A DNA stretch of 64,000 nt from Lentisphaerota bacterium (lineage in GTDB: Bacteria > Verrucomicrobiota > Kiritimatiellia > CAIQIC01 > JAGNIJ01): NCBI GenBank assembly GCA_052033915.1, contig JBPOJF010000013.1:78400-142399 (forward strand), in the 5' to 3' direction. This document shows positions 62,676-64,000 of this stretch, in pieces. The notes under the pieces are model-generated. The model was not told where the DNA came from and ran no database searches. It saw only the letters and a program-made list of their open reading frames with translations. The position numbers and the translations under genes are program-made. Numbering within the stretch: the first letter of the stretch is position 1; each line of letters begins with the position of its first letter.

Positions 62676-64000
62676 CTCATCCAGCCGCATCGTGCGCGAG
62701 ATCTCGATCCTCTACGAGCTGTCGCTCTCGCTGGGACAATCCCTCGACATTGAGACCACCTGTTCACGATTCCTGAGAACCCTTCTGGCGCGAAAAAACC
62801 TGGCCTACGCGTCCGTGTGGATCCGGGCGCGGGACATGCGCGGGCTGAACGATGTGTCCCCCGCCGGCCCGGATGCGGACTCCCTCAATCTGGTGTACTC
62901 CATTCCCAAGTTCCGGACCCGCGAATCTTCGATTCCCGCCGGGCATCCGATCCTGACGATGTTCGGCGCGCGCGACGCCGTCTCGATCGCCTCGACCCAG
63001 AAGGAGTTCGCCGGCGTGATCACCGAGAAGGGAATCGAAAAAGGCGTGTTCGCCCTGTTCAAGCTCGGCAACATCGGCCTGCTGAAACTCTTCTCCATCA
63101 CGCGCGACAAGCCGTTCGACGAGGAGCACCTGAACCAGTACCGGAATGTCTTTTCCAAGTTCACCACATCGCTTCAAGCCTGCCTCAACCACTCCGCGCT
63201 GATCATGGAGATGGGCGAGCGGCGCAAGGTCGAGGAGGCCCTGCGGCAGGGCGAGGAGAAATACCGAAACGTGGTCGAGCGGGCGCTGGACGGCATCATC
63301 GTCATCCAGGACGAAAAGGTTGTTTTCGCGAACAACAAGTTCCGCAGCATGACCCGGTATTACGACACGATCACGCCGGACATGCCGTTCAACCAGTTGA
63401 TCCATCCGCCCGAGCTGCCCCGCGTCGCCGAGAACTATCGCCGCCGCATGGCGGGCGAAAACATCATCCCCGCGTACGAAACCGTCCTGGTCGCGGCCGA
63501 CGGAACCCTCGTTCCCGTGGAGATGAACGCCGCGATCATCACGCACGAAGGCAAGCCGGCCGACTTGGTGTATATCCACGACATCGCGCTGAGAAAAAAG
63601 TTTGAAGCGGAGCGCGCCCAACTGGCCATGGCCATCGAGCAGACGACGGACCTCGTCGTCATCACGGACACCCAGGGCGCCATCCTGTATGTCAACCCCG
63701 CCTTCGAGCGCATCACGGGCTATGCCCGGACCGAGGTGATGGGAAAGAATCCGAACCTGCTCAAGAGCGGCCGGCACGATTCCGAGATCTTCAAAGCCAT
63801 GTGGGCCGCCCTGTCCTCGGGACAGGATTGGCGGGGTCGACTGCAGAACCGGAAGAAGGACGGCTCCATCTTCACGTGCGACACCATCATCACCCCCACC
63901 CGCGACGAGGAAGGGTCCGTCGTCAATTACGTCAGCGTCCAGCGCGACGTCACGCGCGAACTGCAGATGGAGGAGCAGTACCTGCAGGCGCAGAAGATGG
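62665..64000 (+). CDS. GAF + tandem PAS sensor protein (probable histidine kinase; 3'-truncated by the window end)
   Basis: Not in the ORF track because no stop is reached. The frame from the ATG at 62665 (11-nt overlap with the FIST gene) is open to 64000. 'SRIVREISILYELSLSLGQSLDIE' GAF start, then PAS repeats ('ERALDGIIVIQDEKVVFANNKF', 'TDLVVITDTQGAILYVNPAFERITGYARTEVMGKNPNLLKSG'). Confidence 0.6.
   Translation, partial: MPNDSSSRIVREISILYELSLSLGQSLDIETTCSRFLRTLLARKNLAYASVWIRARDMRGLNDVSPAGPDADSLNLVYSIPKFRTRESSIPAGHPILTMFGARDAVSIASTQKEFAGVITEKGIEKGVFALFKLGNIGLLKLFSITRDKPFDEEHLNQYRNVFSKFTTSLQACLNHSALIMEMGERRKVEEALRQGEEKYRNVVERALDGIIVIQDEKVVFANNKFRSMTRYYDTITPDMPFNQLIHPPELPRVAENYRRRMAGENIIPAYETVLVAADGTLVPVEMNAAIITHEGKPADLVYIHDIALRKKFEAERAQLAMAIEQTTDLVVITDTQGAILYVNPAFERITGYARTEVMGKNPNLLKSGRHDSEIFKAMWAALSSGQDWRGRLQNRKKDGSIFTCDTIITPTRDEEGSVVNYVSVQRDVTRELQMEEQYLQAQKM

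Overview
High-GC (~65%) bacterial chromosomal window with one gene per ~1.1 kb and very strong GC3 codon bias. Most long ORFs therefore have long antisense or off-frame 'shadow' ORFs, which I excluded. Three things suggest a Planctomycetes-Verrucomicrobia-Chlamydiae superphylum (PVC)-like origin (Verrucomicrobia, Lentisphaerae or Kiritimatiellae type): an RNase HIII, a prepilin-type N-terminal/DUF1559 protein and a DUF3276 protein. This is inference only. Content from start to end: (1) a ~21 kb minus-strand exopolysaccharide or O-antigen-like locus of the Wzx/Wzy plus Wza/Wzc type (257..21091). It holds a methyltransferase, GT2, two GT4, a CgeB-like GT, two Wzy_C-family membrane proteins (one fused to TPR repeats), a Wzx flippase, GDP-L-fucose synthase, a DegT aminotransferase, an ATP-grasp enzyme, a DUF362 protein and an embedded GbsR/MarR-like regulator. 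(2) Housekeeping genes: rnhC, FAH-family hydrolase, HU, DJ-1, a hybrid histidine kinase. (3) A 1498-aa secreted multidomain alpha-amylase-family (GH13-like) protein. (4) A nickel/cobalt ECF-type uptake operon nikR - outer-membrane channel - cbiMN - cbiQ - cbiO, convergent with a PAP2 gene and a Fur-family regulator. (5) A cobalamin riboswitch with terminator in front of nrdD-nrdG-dcd, then metE. (6) Two Znu-like metal ABC transporter sets around a divergent promoter carrying a Fur/Zur-box palindrome. One set appears co-transcribed with a secreted protein and a pilin-like protein. (7) An orphan D12-class (Dam-like) adenine methyltransferase overlapping metF. (8) tolC-macA-macB, queG, an AhpD-like gene. 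(9) An ECF sigma / anti-sigma / FIST / GAF-PAS sensor operon that runs off the window end. Two intergenic repeat families were also found: a 4-copy inverted repeat with GTCCAAAGTC/GACTTTGGAC arms, and a GAATGAC/GTCATTC heptamer palindrome cluster. No CRISPR array, rRNA, tRNA or obvious transposase was recognised. All domain calls come from reading the translations by eye, with no searches run.
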